From Salpingoeca rosetta (taxonomy: Eukaryota; Protista; Choanoflagellata), in contig JAWQFM010000010.1 of the NCBI GenBank assembly GCA_033442325.1, forward strand, positions 230,930 through 294,929: a DNA stretch of 64,000 nt, in the 5' to 3' direction. Numbering within the stretch: position 1 is the stretch's first letter; each line of letters begins with the position of its first letter. The notes under the pieces are model-generated. The model was given only the letters and a program-made list of their open reading frames with translations, was not told the DNA's origin and did no database searches. Shown here piece after piece: positions 33,701 to 48,993 of this stretch. Made by a program: the position numbers and the translations under genes.

Positions 33701-34518
33701 CACGACAGACCCAGCCTTTTCCACGCACTTTTTGAACTTGCTTGGTGTCAACTTGAGCGTAGCTCGCCCGTTGATGGCCCTGATCCGATCTCCGGGCTAG
33801 TGGTGCATTGTGTGTGTGTGTGTGTGTTTGTGTGAGTGAGTGTTTGTGTGAGTGAGTGGGTGTGTGTGGTTGTGTGTGTTTGTGTGTTTGTGTGAGTGAG
33901 TGGGTGTGTGTGGTTGTGTGTGTTTGTGTGTTTGTGTGAGTGAGTGGGTGTGTGTGTTTGTGTGTGTGTGCGGCAAGAGAGATCAGCAAGCGAGGGTGAA
34001 GCGATGCGTTTTAGATCTACAGCCACTCAACGCATAGACACACACACACACACACACACACACACTGACTGCGATGCCGGCGCGGTGAGCGGGAGAGCAG
34101 TCGATGACTTCATGAACGAGAAATCCATCCGGGTGGATGCGCAGTGTGATCCCAAGCTCCTCGCCCTCCCTGTTTGCAACATGGCGTTGGTGACAGTCCA
34201 TGACGTACGTCCACAAAAGCCACCACGTTTGTTTCGTTCATGCATACATGCATCGATGTGGCAAGAAACAGCAGGTTCCAGAACACCCACCTGCACACAC
34301 ACACACACACACCTGCACACACACACACACAAGAGGAACAGCAGCAACTCGAGCAACAACAACAGCAGCAGTAGCAACTTCTGTCTGCTCTGTGCTTCCT
34401 GTTTGCTTTGATCCCCCTCTTCTCCCCTCCCCTTCCCCCCTCTCTGCCTCACGCACACATACCTTCGATGGATGACAGCCTCACGCACCCTCACTTCTTC
34501 TGGTGGTGACCCCATCAT
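30712..34518 (-). CDS. Multi-PDZ (probably three PDZ) scaffold protein with long low-complexity Tyr-containing tail
   Basis: PDZ1: EELGITLRIHPDGFLVHEVIDCSPAHRAGIA|PGDRIRAING...VRLRV. PDZ2 C-half: GEDEVVLRINERSVRHCSYREVLNAMVLAGNKIHLLL. PDZ3: EPWGLNMRTVAPAPGIYVQNTEPHSPAAVADLRTDDRLL...ATHAEVQRAL. Large exon ~31066-33018; putative last exon SRHEIFYRTGRPY* ends at 30712. The middle exon of PDZ2 is uncertain. Confidence 0.8.
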
Positions 34519-34537
34519 TGCTCTTGCAAGAGAAGAT

Positions 34538-34592
34538 TGCTTTTGCTAGTTTTGCTTTTGCTAGTTTTGCTTTTGCTAGTTTTGCTTTTGCT
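34538..34592. repeat. Tandem 15-bp repeat (TTTTGCTAGTTTTGC), ~3.5 copies, just upstream of the PDZ gene ATG
   Basis: tgcttttgctagttttgcttttgctagttttgcttttgctagttttgcttttgc, seen directly. Confidence 0.85.
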
Positions 34593-35029
34593 TCCCTTCT
34601 TCACGGCTTCGCGACAGCCGTGTACGCTCGGGCAATAAACTGAATTCAGTCGTATCAGTTGACAGATGGAAATCTTTCACCAATTGGCGTGGTTCGGAAA
34701 ATTAATCGGTGACTTCAACAAATTGTCTCGCGATATCTCCCCACCTGGTTGTGCTTGCAAGCAAACACACAAAACAAGCGAGCGAGCGAGCGTTGGCTGT
34801 TTTGTTTGTTTTGTTTTGTTTTGTTTTGTGCTTATGGCTTCTGGCTTGCTTGTTGCTGTTTGTTGTTGCTCGCCGCACACCATTTCCTCTCTTTGTTTGT
34901 TTGTTGTTGTTGTTGCCCCCCCCCCCACAAACTCTCAAACGCCCTTGCTCGACCGACCGTTCTCCCTCCGACCTCGCTTCCCTCCCCGCTTCCCTCCTCC
35001 TCTCCTCAACCAACCAACCAGCCATAGCC

Positions 35030-38000
35030 ATGACTGCTGTGGCTACGCTTTCCGCCACAGCCGTGCTTGCCACCACAGCTGCCATGCTCATGTGTTGCGC
35101 GTGGGTGCAGCCTGCGGCCGCGGCGCGCTTTGTGTGGCGTGGTTGTGACACCAACTGGAACCACAACCCCGACAACTGGCAAAACGGCGTCTCCCCTTCC
35201 ACGTCCTCGGACCCCATCACCACCGTGTTCTTCGGGCCCTCCACCGTCGAGGAGGAGGCCACCTGGAAGCCCGTGTCGTCGTTTGTGTCTGCAGGGTCGC
35301 TCGCCATGCACGAGCTTGTGCTGCCCTCGGACGGCATTTTGGAGCTGGATCCAGACGGCACGGAGCTTGTCTTCCTCGAGCGCGAGGACACCGTTGTGCC
35401 GGAGGCCAAGTTCATCGGCGGCCAGGGCTTCCGCGAGGAGTGCGACTTCAACTGCCACAAAAACTGGGAAACCATCGACGGCAGCGACGTGGACAGCCCG
35501 CCCTGCGCCGATGACATTGCCCAGTTTGACGGCAGCAGCAGCTACAAGCTCTTCGTGCGCGGCTTCACCCCCTTGGACACGCTCATCATGGGCGGCGCCC
35601 GCTTCGACAGCGACGACCAGCGCACCCTGCTTCCAGAGTACCAGTTCTCCCCAAACCCACGCGACCTCGAGGTCTTCTTCAAGTCGGGCGACCCCGTCGC
35701 CCTCACGCAGCGCTGCCAGGATGTTGGCCAGTACGACGCGTCCCGCGACGAGTGCGTGTGCTACTCCACATGCCCCGACGCCTCGCTGGGCCGTGACAAC
35801 AACGCGCAGATCCGCAGTGCCGGCAAGGCCCTGGCGGCAGAGAACCTGGCGGAGCTCACCGCAACAACCACCGTCCTCTTCCAGTACAAGTTCTCCTACA
35901 AGCTGCTCCTCAACACGCTGCCGCCGGACATTGTGGTGGATGCCTTTGACGAGGCGTTCACCCTCCCGGCCTCCGTCACGGGCATGGAGAACGCCATTGC
36001 CGACCTCATCACCGAGTCGTTTGGCGGCGCGGTGCAGGTGCAGGGCACCCTCACCAGGACGTCCACGCGCTTCACCTACATGGGCTCCGTCACGGGCCCC
36101 GCCATTGCCCTCAGCGGCCTCACGGCCTCGCACCTCGACAAGACCTTTGACACCACGTGGCCCTCCTCCGACCGCCTCTTTGCCCTGCACGCCTGGACAA
36201 CGGTAATGACCGAAGCCCTGCGTGGCCTCGAGCTCTCCTGCTCCATCGACCTGGCCGACGTCGAGACCACGTGCGCCAGCCAATTTGGCTCGGCCTGCTC
36301 CGATGTGGCCTACCTCCTGCACACCGCGCAGCCGGGCAGCGAGCTGGCCAACGCCCTCTCCGTCATGTCGCAGATCAGCGACTACCTCGTGTCCATCAAC
36401 CACGTCGTCACCACAACGACCACCGTCAGCACCACCACCACCACAACAACAACAGCGGCCACAACAACAACAACAACAACAACAACAACATCCACAACAG
36501 ATGCATCGACAACATCATCAGCCAACGTCAACGCAACAACAGCATCCGCAACAACCACGACCACATCAACCGCTGGTGCGCAGAGCACAACCACAACCAC
36601 AACCACGCCAGCCGACACCACGACCACCGCAGCCACCACGCCTCCGCCGTTTGTGCTGGACATGTCTGGCCTTGCGCTCATGTCAAACGTGGACGTGGAC
36701 GAGTTCCGCGCCACGGTGACCGCGTTTGCCCTGGGCTCCTTCGCCTCTGTGCCGCAGCCGTACCGCAACTCTGTGGTGGGCACGTACCTGCTGCAGGCTG
36801 TGCGCTGCCTGGATATTGATGCCGCCTCCTCTGACGCACAGGCCCTGTCAACCGTGGAGGAGCAGGAGCACACCATCAGCTTTGTTGTCGGCACGCTCCT
36901 GCCACAGTCAGACGTGTTTGCCATGTTCCAGAGCTGGAACTACGACCGCTTCACCAGCATGCTGTGCCAGCGCCTGAAGGGCCTCCCGCCACTGGAGGGC
37001 ATTGACTGCGACAACGTGCAGATTAGTCTGTACACATACGGGGACCAGCAGCAGGCCCAGAGCAACGCAGCGGCCCGCCGCCGCCGCTTCAACGCCATTG
37101 ACCTCCTGCGCATCACCATCACCTACACCATGCTGGTGGACGTCAGCCTGTGCGCCCCGGGCCGCGTGCATCCGAGCTGCCCGCTGGTCGAGACGCAGGA
37201 CGCCAACAGCCGCTACACGGAGCTCCTTGACTTCATCACCAGCCTCACCAGCGACTTTGAGGTGAAAACGGCGTCGTCGTGCGTGTCGCTGGAAGACGGC
37301 ATCCTGCCAAACTGCCTCGTCTCCACCATCTACCAGGACCTGTTTGACCAGCTGTGGCCAGACGGCACGCGCCCACGCGCTTCCACGCCGTCGCGTGGCT
37401 CGTGGCCAACCCTCATTGAGCAGCAGTTCTACTCGCTCATTGGCAACTGCGGCGTGCGCTGTGCCAGTGACGGCACCTCCTTCCTCACGACGCAGGACGA
37501 GGCCGACGCTGCCGCCACCCTCAACTCCGTCTCAAACCAGGTCATTGCCATGATTGACGCCTTCATCGCCTCCAGCACAACAACCACCACCACAACCACC
37601 AACGCAGGCGACACCACGACGACCACCAACGGCGGTGGCAACAGGGGCAGCGGCGCAGCGTCGACGGCATCGGTCCCTGTTGGTGCTGTGGGCGGTGCTG
37701 CTGGTGGCGCGGTGGTGCTCATTGCCGTGATTGTCCTCGTGGTCATCATGCGTCGTCGCGCGTCCAGCTCCGGCGGCGGCTCGGCCGGCAACAAGAAGCG
37801 GGGCGCCCTCAACGAGCGCCAGGTTGTCAGCTTTGAGAACCCCATGTACGACGACCCCATGCCCGTGCAGCAGGCCATCTACTCCGACGCTGGCGTGGGC
37901 GATGCCGAGGAGGAAGGCCTGTACGATGAGCCTGCCTTCGCCATGGGCCAGGACAAGAAGCAGAACCCGCTGTACCAGAGCTCGGAGGACCTGCTTGCTG

Positions 38001-38314
38001 ATGAGTACGACGACGTTGCCGGTGAGGGCGATGAGATGGGCGGTTACCTGGACGTGGCCCCAGATGATGCTCCTGGCGATAACGACGACGATGGCGATGA
38101 CGGTGACGATCTGGGTGCCAACGGAGGTTATGACAACGCCGCCAATCTCGGCGTCAAGGCAGAGAACGGGTATGGGTTTGAAGAAGGTGGCGACGGCAGT
38201 GGCGATGGCGATGGGAATGCGCAGGCCACGCCACCACAGCAGCCCGTGTACGACACGCCGGATGCCGATGTGCCCCAGCCAATCTACGGCACCATCGAAG
38301 ACGAGGACGAGTGA
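35030..38314 (+). CDS. Intronless type I membrane protein with amnionless-like N-terminal domain, Thr-rich mucin stretches, RRRR-containing SEA-like module and FxNPxY/Tyr-rich cytoplasmic tail (~1094 aa)
   Basis: Signal peptide from ATG 35030; FVWRGCDTNWNHNPDNWQNGVSP, LVLPSDGILEL, CHKNW, PPCADDIAQFDGSSSYKL resemble amnionless motifs; TM VGAVGGAAGGAVVLIAVIVLVVIM-RRR; tail SFENPMY, NPLY, LYDEP, GGYLDV, VYDTP, IYGT. Confidence refers to the CDS; the amnionless assignment is about 0.7. Confidence 0.9.
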   Translation: MTAVATLSATAVLATTAAMLMCCAWVQPAAAARFVWRGCDTNWNHNPDNWQNGVSPSTSSDPITTVFFGPSTVEEEATWKPVSSFVSAGSLAMHELVLPSDGILELDPDGTELVFLEREDTVVPEAKFIGGQGFREECDFNCHKNWETIDGSDVDSPPCADDIAQFDGSSSYKLFVRGFTPLDTLIMGGARFDSDDQRTLLPEYQFSPNPRDLEVFFKSGDPVALTQRCQDVGQYDASRDECVCYSTCPDASLGRDNNAQIRSAGKALAAENLAELTATTTVLFQYKFSYKLLLNTLPPDIVVDAFDEAFTLPASVTGMENAIADLITESFGGAVQVQGTLTRTSTRFTYMGSVTGPAIALSGLTASHLDKTFDTTWPSSDRLFALHAWTTVMTEALRGLELSCSIDLADVETTCASQFGSACSDVAYLLHTAQPGSELANALSVMSQISDYLVSINHVVTTTTTVSTTTTTTTTAATTTTTTTTTTSTTDASTTSSANVNATTASATTTTTSTAGAQSTTTTTTTPADTTTTAATTPPPFVLDMSGLALMSNVDVDEFRATVTAFALGSFASVPQPYRNSVVGTYLLQAVRCLDIDAASSDAQALSTVEEQEHTISFVVGTLLPQSDVFAMFQSWNYDRFTSMLCQRLKGLPPLEGIDCDNVQISLYTYGDQQQAQSNAAARRRRFNAIDLLRITITYTMLVDVSLCAPGRVHPSCPLVETQDANSRYTELLDFITSLTSDFEVKTASSCVSLEDGILPNCLVSTIYQDLFDQLWPDGTRPRASTPSRGSWPTLIEQQFYSLIGNCGVRCASDGTSFLTTQDEADAAATLNSVSNQVIAMIDAFIASSTTTTTTTTNAGDTTTTTNGGGNRGSGAASTASVPVGAVGGAAGGAVVLIAVIVLVVIMRRRASSSGGGSAGNKKRGALNERQVVSFENPMYDDPMPVQQAIYSDAGVGDAEEEGLYDEPAFAMGQDKKQNPLYQSSEDLLADEYDDVAGEGDEMGGYLDVAPDDAPGDNDDDGDDGDDLGANGGYDNAANLGVKAENGYGFEEGGDGSGDGDGNAQATPPQQPVYDTPDADVPQPIYGTIEDEDE

Positions 38315-38847
38315 TTGACGATTGGAGATTGCATGTGCGCGTGACTGGTGGCTTGATGGTGCACGGGCATTTCAACTGGGGCACTTCACTGCCTCACTGT
38401 TTCACTGCGCGCTTGTCCCCTGTGGCCACAACTCACACAACTCACCCATTTCTGTGTCTTGTCGCCTGCAAGCAAAAGCAAGCGCACTTTATTTCTTTCT
38501 GTTTGTTGTGCGGCGGTGCGTATTGCCTTGGCTGCTTGCTTATCATCACTGCTTGCGCATGGGCGTCGTTGTCATTCGCCCCCGTTTTTTCTTTTTCCGT
38601 GAGCACGCTGTGCTGTGTGCGTGCTGACCTTGTGTTCCCCTTCTGCCACTTCACTTGCGCATGCTCGTTGTTGTGGGCTGTGTGACATTCATTTCCGTTG
38701 CATTACACATGACAACATCAACAACATGAACAACAAAGAGCAAGACACACCACCAAAAGGGGAGGAGGACGCTCCCAACATGCAGAGAAAGGAGGTGAAG
38801 AGGGTGGAAGTAGGTGCACAGCAAACAGACAGCAACCTGGCCTTCAC

Positions 38848-38961
<114 letters not shown>

Positions 38962-39010
38962 ACACGAACACACACACACACACGCACATCTGCGTACGGC
39001 CGGGTGTTGG

Positions 39011-40090
39011 TTAGAGGTCAGCAAGAGGGTCCGAGTTGTCGTTGTTGTCGGCCTTGCTGGCCTTGCGCGATTCCTCGTATTCCTGCTGCCGTTTCCACTG
39101 TGCGGCGCGTTGCTCAGCGTCCAGCTTCACACCAATCACCGTAAACTCCTGCTTCTTGTTGGCAAACAAGTGCAGCACCTGCACGTGCCCAAACCCAAGT
39201 TGCCTGCAGAACAGGGGAAACAAACGCGAGGTGTGTGCGTGCGTGTGCGTGAGTGCGTACATGCGTGCGTGAGTGATGTGGTGTTATGTGATGCATGTCT
39301 GAGCATGCATCAGTGAAGCATGCATCCGTGCAACGATGATGCAATACTCCGGAAGGAGGCAGTGCGGACGGCCACATTCAGTGTTATCATGAAAGTCGCA
39401 ACCACGACAGGTTGGAACGCACCTGATCTTGGTCTGCGCGTCACGAATGGCGACGAGCGAGTGTCTGGCCTTGCGGAAGAGCTTGACAGTGACAACCTTT
39501 CAATGTCCATCCACAGCAGTGACAGGCGTGTGTGTTTGTGGATGTGTGTGGATGTGTGTGGATGTGTGTGGATGTGTGTGGATGTGTGTGCGTACGTATG
39601 TGAGCGTGCCGGGATGTGGAGGCGTGCGAGCATGCGTGACTTGACCAAGGTCATCCGTGACTGTCCAGCACCACCATCCATCGCACATTGAAGAGGCCCC
39701 ACATGCACTCCAAGCGCCCCATCTGCACCTCAACCTCCAAGCCCTCCCCCCTCTCCTCCTTGCTCCCTCGTCTGTGCCCACCGTGAGAGCGCCAACAGCG
39801 AGGTGCGGGAACACTTCTGCCAGCAGATCCAGCACGACGCCAAACTCGACGTTCATGTCGCACGTGTACATGTGCAAAGGCCCAAACTCCTCCAAAATGG
39901 CGTGGGAGTCCTGCATGCGCTTCTGGATGTGGATGATGGTTCCAGGCTCGCTCGGGCTGCATGTGCGTGCGAATGGATACGTGATTGTGCAGGGGTGCGC
40001 AGGGGTGTAAATGGATGGAGTTCATGTGTGAATGGATGCGTGATGGTGCATGTGTGAGTGAGTCAGTGTGAAAGGACACGAATCCCTGCA

Positions 40091-40168
<78 letters not shown>

Positions 40169-40684
40169 GCACACACCGCTTCATGCCCGGGGTGTAAGGG
40201 ATATGGGGAACCTCAATGGCACCAGGATCGACAGCAAGTACCAGCCCAGCTTGCTGTTGTTGCGGGATGCAAGTGGGTTTGAATGTGTGAGGATGTGTTT
40301 GCGTTTGTGTTTGTGTGGGGTTCAGTGCGTGAGGATGTGTTTGGGCAGTCAGTGGAACCAAGCAGCAAACACACATCAGCCATTGCCATGAAAAAACAAC
40401 AACAAAAGAACAAAAACAAAAAACAACAACAGCATCAGCATCAGCATCAGCATCAGCAGTAAGCCCTTTCCCCAAAGCTCAGACCTTGGCCATGCACTGG
40501 GACCATCCACCCGGCGCCGCCCCAACGTCGATTGCCGTCATATCCCTGCAATGCAGCACAGCAGCGCGCACAGACAGGTGACTTAGCGCCAACACGTCAA
40601 CAGTGCCACCTTCCCTTCCTGCTCCTCCTTATCCCTCCACCTCAGCTATCACCACGGCCATCAATCGCTGCCGCAACCACGGTC

Positions 40685-40753
<69 letters not shown>

Positions 40754-41148
40754 CCGTCATGACTGTTTGTACCTGGTGAGTGTGAATGAACGGCGCAGGA
40801 GCACCTCGTTCAGCTTGAAGTACGCGCGAGAAATGGGTGTCCAGTCCCCCTACGTGCAGCCAAACCCAACATCATGCCACGCCAAGCACGAGAGGTGAGC
40901 GGTTGTGAGCTCTGTGAGGACTCACAGGGCAAGCTCGAGGTACAGACACCCAGGGGCGGAGGGTGCAGGAAGGCGGGGAACAGCCAGACACAGGCACAGC
41001 CAGAGGCGGTGAAAGACAGGCAGACAGGCAGGCACAGGCACACTGGAAAGGCAAACAGAAAACACAAGGCAAACAGACAGACAAACAGACAGACAAACAG
41101 ACAGACAAACACAGGCAGACAAACACAGACAGACAGACAGACAGACAG

Positions 41149-41196
<48 letters not shown>

Positions 41197-42288
41197 CTAC
41201 ACCCCCCCACCCGCACACAACAGTCTCACCAGCGCCTTTGTGTGGATGATGTGGTCTGATCCCTTGCGGTCGAAGAAGGGCTCAAAGGCGGGCCGCTCTG
41301 CGAGGGAGACGAGCCAGCGGTGCTTCCAGGGTACAATGGTGAGCATGTGGGTGCACTGCGCCCAGCGAGGGTCCGGGTAAATGGAGATGTCCTCGGAGTC
41401 CAGGAGTTCATCCGCCAGCGTGAACTCGTGCTTGCGAGGGGCGCTCAGCAGACGCACGTGTGCATCGTCCGGCAGGTCCATGCTCTGCGAGAGGGCCTTG
41501 ATGTCGCCCTCCGGGCACGACGTGATGATGGGGAAGATGCGGATGCTGTGGGCGAGCGGGCCCATGACCCGGTCCTGGCAGATCTTGATCATCAACATGT
41601 GCATGACGCAGCGACGGAACCGCTCCTGATCCCGCTCCCGATCCCGCTCCTCCTCAGCTGCGGTAGCGGTGGCGGTGGCGGTGGCGGTGGCGGTGGCGGT
41701 GGCGGTGGCGGTGGCATGGTCCTGGCCGTGCGCCTGCGCCTGTTGCGGTGTGTGGGAAAAGCCAATGTCCAGGCTGTGTGCAAAGTGCTGCTCTGTTGCT
41801 GTTGCGTACGCCGGCATGCTCTTTGTGCGATCCACGTCCACCTTGGCAAAGAGCAGCTCGTTGCTGTAGCCGACAAACTCCAACGGGTACTCCTGGTGCA
41901 CCCAGCGGATGAAGCGGCGCAGGTGCGGGTCTGAGATGCGGAAGATGAGATCGGGCGTGACGTTGGCCGGCGGTGGGCGCCGATCCTCGCTCAATGTCTG
42001 CAGGTATGCCTCATCCGACATGCCGGCGCCCTTTGCTTGTGTCTTGTTGGCGTTCTTCTCCTTCTGCTTCCCTCCCTTTTCCTTCTTCGTCATCTCCTCT
42101 TTCTCTTCTTTGCTCACGTCCACCTGTGCGGGTGGAGCCTTCTTGTCTTCTGTTGATGCTGTATCCATCATGGACGTGTCACCGCCGCTCTTCTGCTGCT
42201 GATCCTGCTGCCGTGCCTGCTGTGCTTGCTGATCCTGATCCTGATCCTGCTTTGCCTTTTTCTGCGCCAGCATCGTGCTCTCGTCCAT
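39011..42288 (-). CDS. FtsJ/RrmJ-fold SAM-dependent 2'-O-ribose RNA methyltransferase, RlmM(YgdE)-like, multi-exon
   Basis: Spliced core: GDWTPISRAYFKLNEVLLRRSFTLTR|DMTAIDVGAAPGGWSQCMAK|AGLVLAVDPG...TCDMN...VVTVKL...QVLHLFANKKQEFTVIG. All four K-D-K-E tetrad positions are recognisable. Large first exon 41230-42288. Confidence 0.85.
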
Positions 42289-42312
42289 AATGCCTCCTCG
42301 TGCACAGCTCCG

Positions 42313-42399
42313 ACTGATTCCAGTTTTGCCCACAAATGCCAACTGATTTCAGTTTTACCCACAAGTTGACCGATTTTACCCAACCTGATTTTACCCACC
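42313..42399. promoter_or_regulatory. Four-fold repeated TTTT(A/G)CCCA motif in the methyltransferase/NBN divergent promoter
   Basis: cagttttgcccacaa, cagttttacccacaa, gattttacccaac, gattttacccacc within ~80 bp. Confidence 0.45.
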
Positions 42400-42636
42400 G
42401 GTTCCGAGAAGCAGAGCAAACGTGAACAAACGCGTTGTCCGCAAAGTCTGCAGCACTCGGCGCACCGTGCGCCAGCGTCGTGCTCCCCACAAATGTCGGG
42501 AGACTTGTTTCTGCGCTGCGGCGTGGGGAGGAGGGGAGGGCGCGCGCCGACGCCATTCACACCACTTAACGCGGAGACGCACACAGACACACACACGCAC
42601 ATCCTCCTCCTCCTCCCCTCCAACGCGAGCCACTTG

Positions 42637-42706
<70 letters not shown>

Positions 42707-42718
42707 CACACACCAGCC

Positions 42719-47988
<5,270 letters not shown>

Positions 47989-48461
47989 TGACGACGACGA
48001 CTACAGGCACCATCCTTCCGCCATGTTGTTGCGCGACCGCCTGCTTCAAGCAAGCACGGACATATGTACAAATATGCAGATGTGTGTGTGTGTGTGTGTG
48101 AGTGTGAGTGAGTTTGTTGTTGATACATATCGTGAATGAAATTGTTTTTCATGTCACACAACCCCTTTTTTTTTCTTACTCTGTCGCATAAACGAGCAAC
48201 CCTCGCCACACTCAAGTTGCACCCGCATCCAGTAGCAATGCCTCTTTTGTTCTGTTGTTTGTTTATGCGTCCCTCCCGGTATGCAGTGATGGGTATGGTA
48301 TGTACATGGTTTTGGCTGGTTGCAGCAGCAGCAAACGGGGAGAAAAAGAGGGGGAAAAGAACAAGGAGAAGAGGGGGGCAAGGCGCTTGTGCGTGTGTGC
48401 GTGAACAAGGCAAAGGCCCGGGTATGTTGCTACGAGGCAAGTCGGTGCTGACGGCATGTTG

Positions 48462-48660
48462 TTATGACTTGATTGGCTTTGATCGCATCTTCATCGGTTC
48501 AGTTGCCGCTGCAAGAGCACGAGTAAAGCAGAATAAAAAACGGCGGTACATGCATGAGCACGCGCAAGTGTAGATGGCAACGCCGTACAGCTACACACAC
48601 AAACAGAGAGACACATAGGCACAGACCCAGACACACACACACAGACAGACAGACAAGACA

Positions 48661-48698
<38 letters not shown>

Positions 48699-48909
48699 AT
48701 GTTCATGTTTGACTGACCTGGCGGATGGCAAGTCATGGATTCAAAGTTGATGACAACACAATCGCTGTTGAGAAGCGAAAGTTCAATTGGATCATCAGGG
48801 GAGCCCGCTTTCTTCCACGCCCTTCACATGTACACATACGCAGAGTGTCGGGCGACATACCAATCAGCTGCTCAAGTACGAACATCATGGCGTAGCATTC
48901 CAGGCGGTT

Positions 48910-48993
<84 letters not shown>

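Noticed and set aside
34538-34592. Tandem repeats as a CRISPR array or telomere seed
   Set aside because: No unique spacers, no cas genes, eukaryotic context, and not TTAGGG-like.
34709-35029. N-terminal extension of the 1201-aa ORF
   Set aside because: It begins at a non-ATG codon and runs through T-rich promoter/UTR sequence; the ATG at 35030 is followed by a signal peptide.
35006-36403. 465-aa antisense ORF and 379-aa alternate-frame ORF over the amnionless-like gene
   Set aside because: Shadow ORFs expected from high-GC3 codon usage; no motifs.
40685-40752. (GAT)n tract as a possible poly-Asp or poly-Met exon of the methyltransferase
   Set aside because: The conserved motifs join directly across it (…SFTLTR|DMTAIDVG…), so it is intronic.
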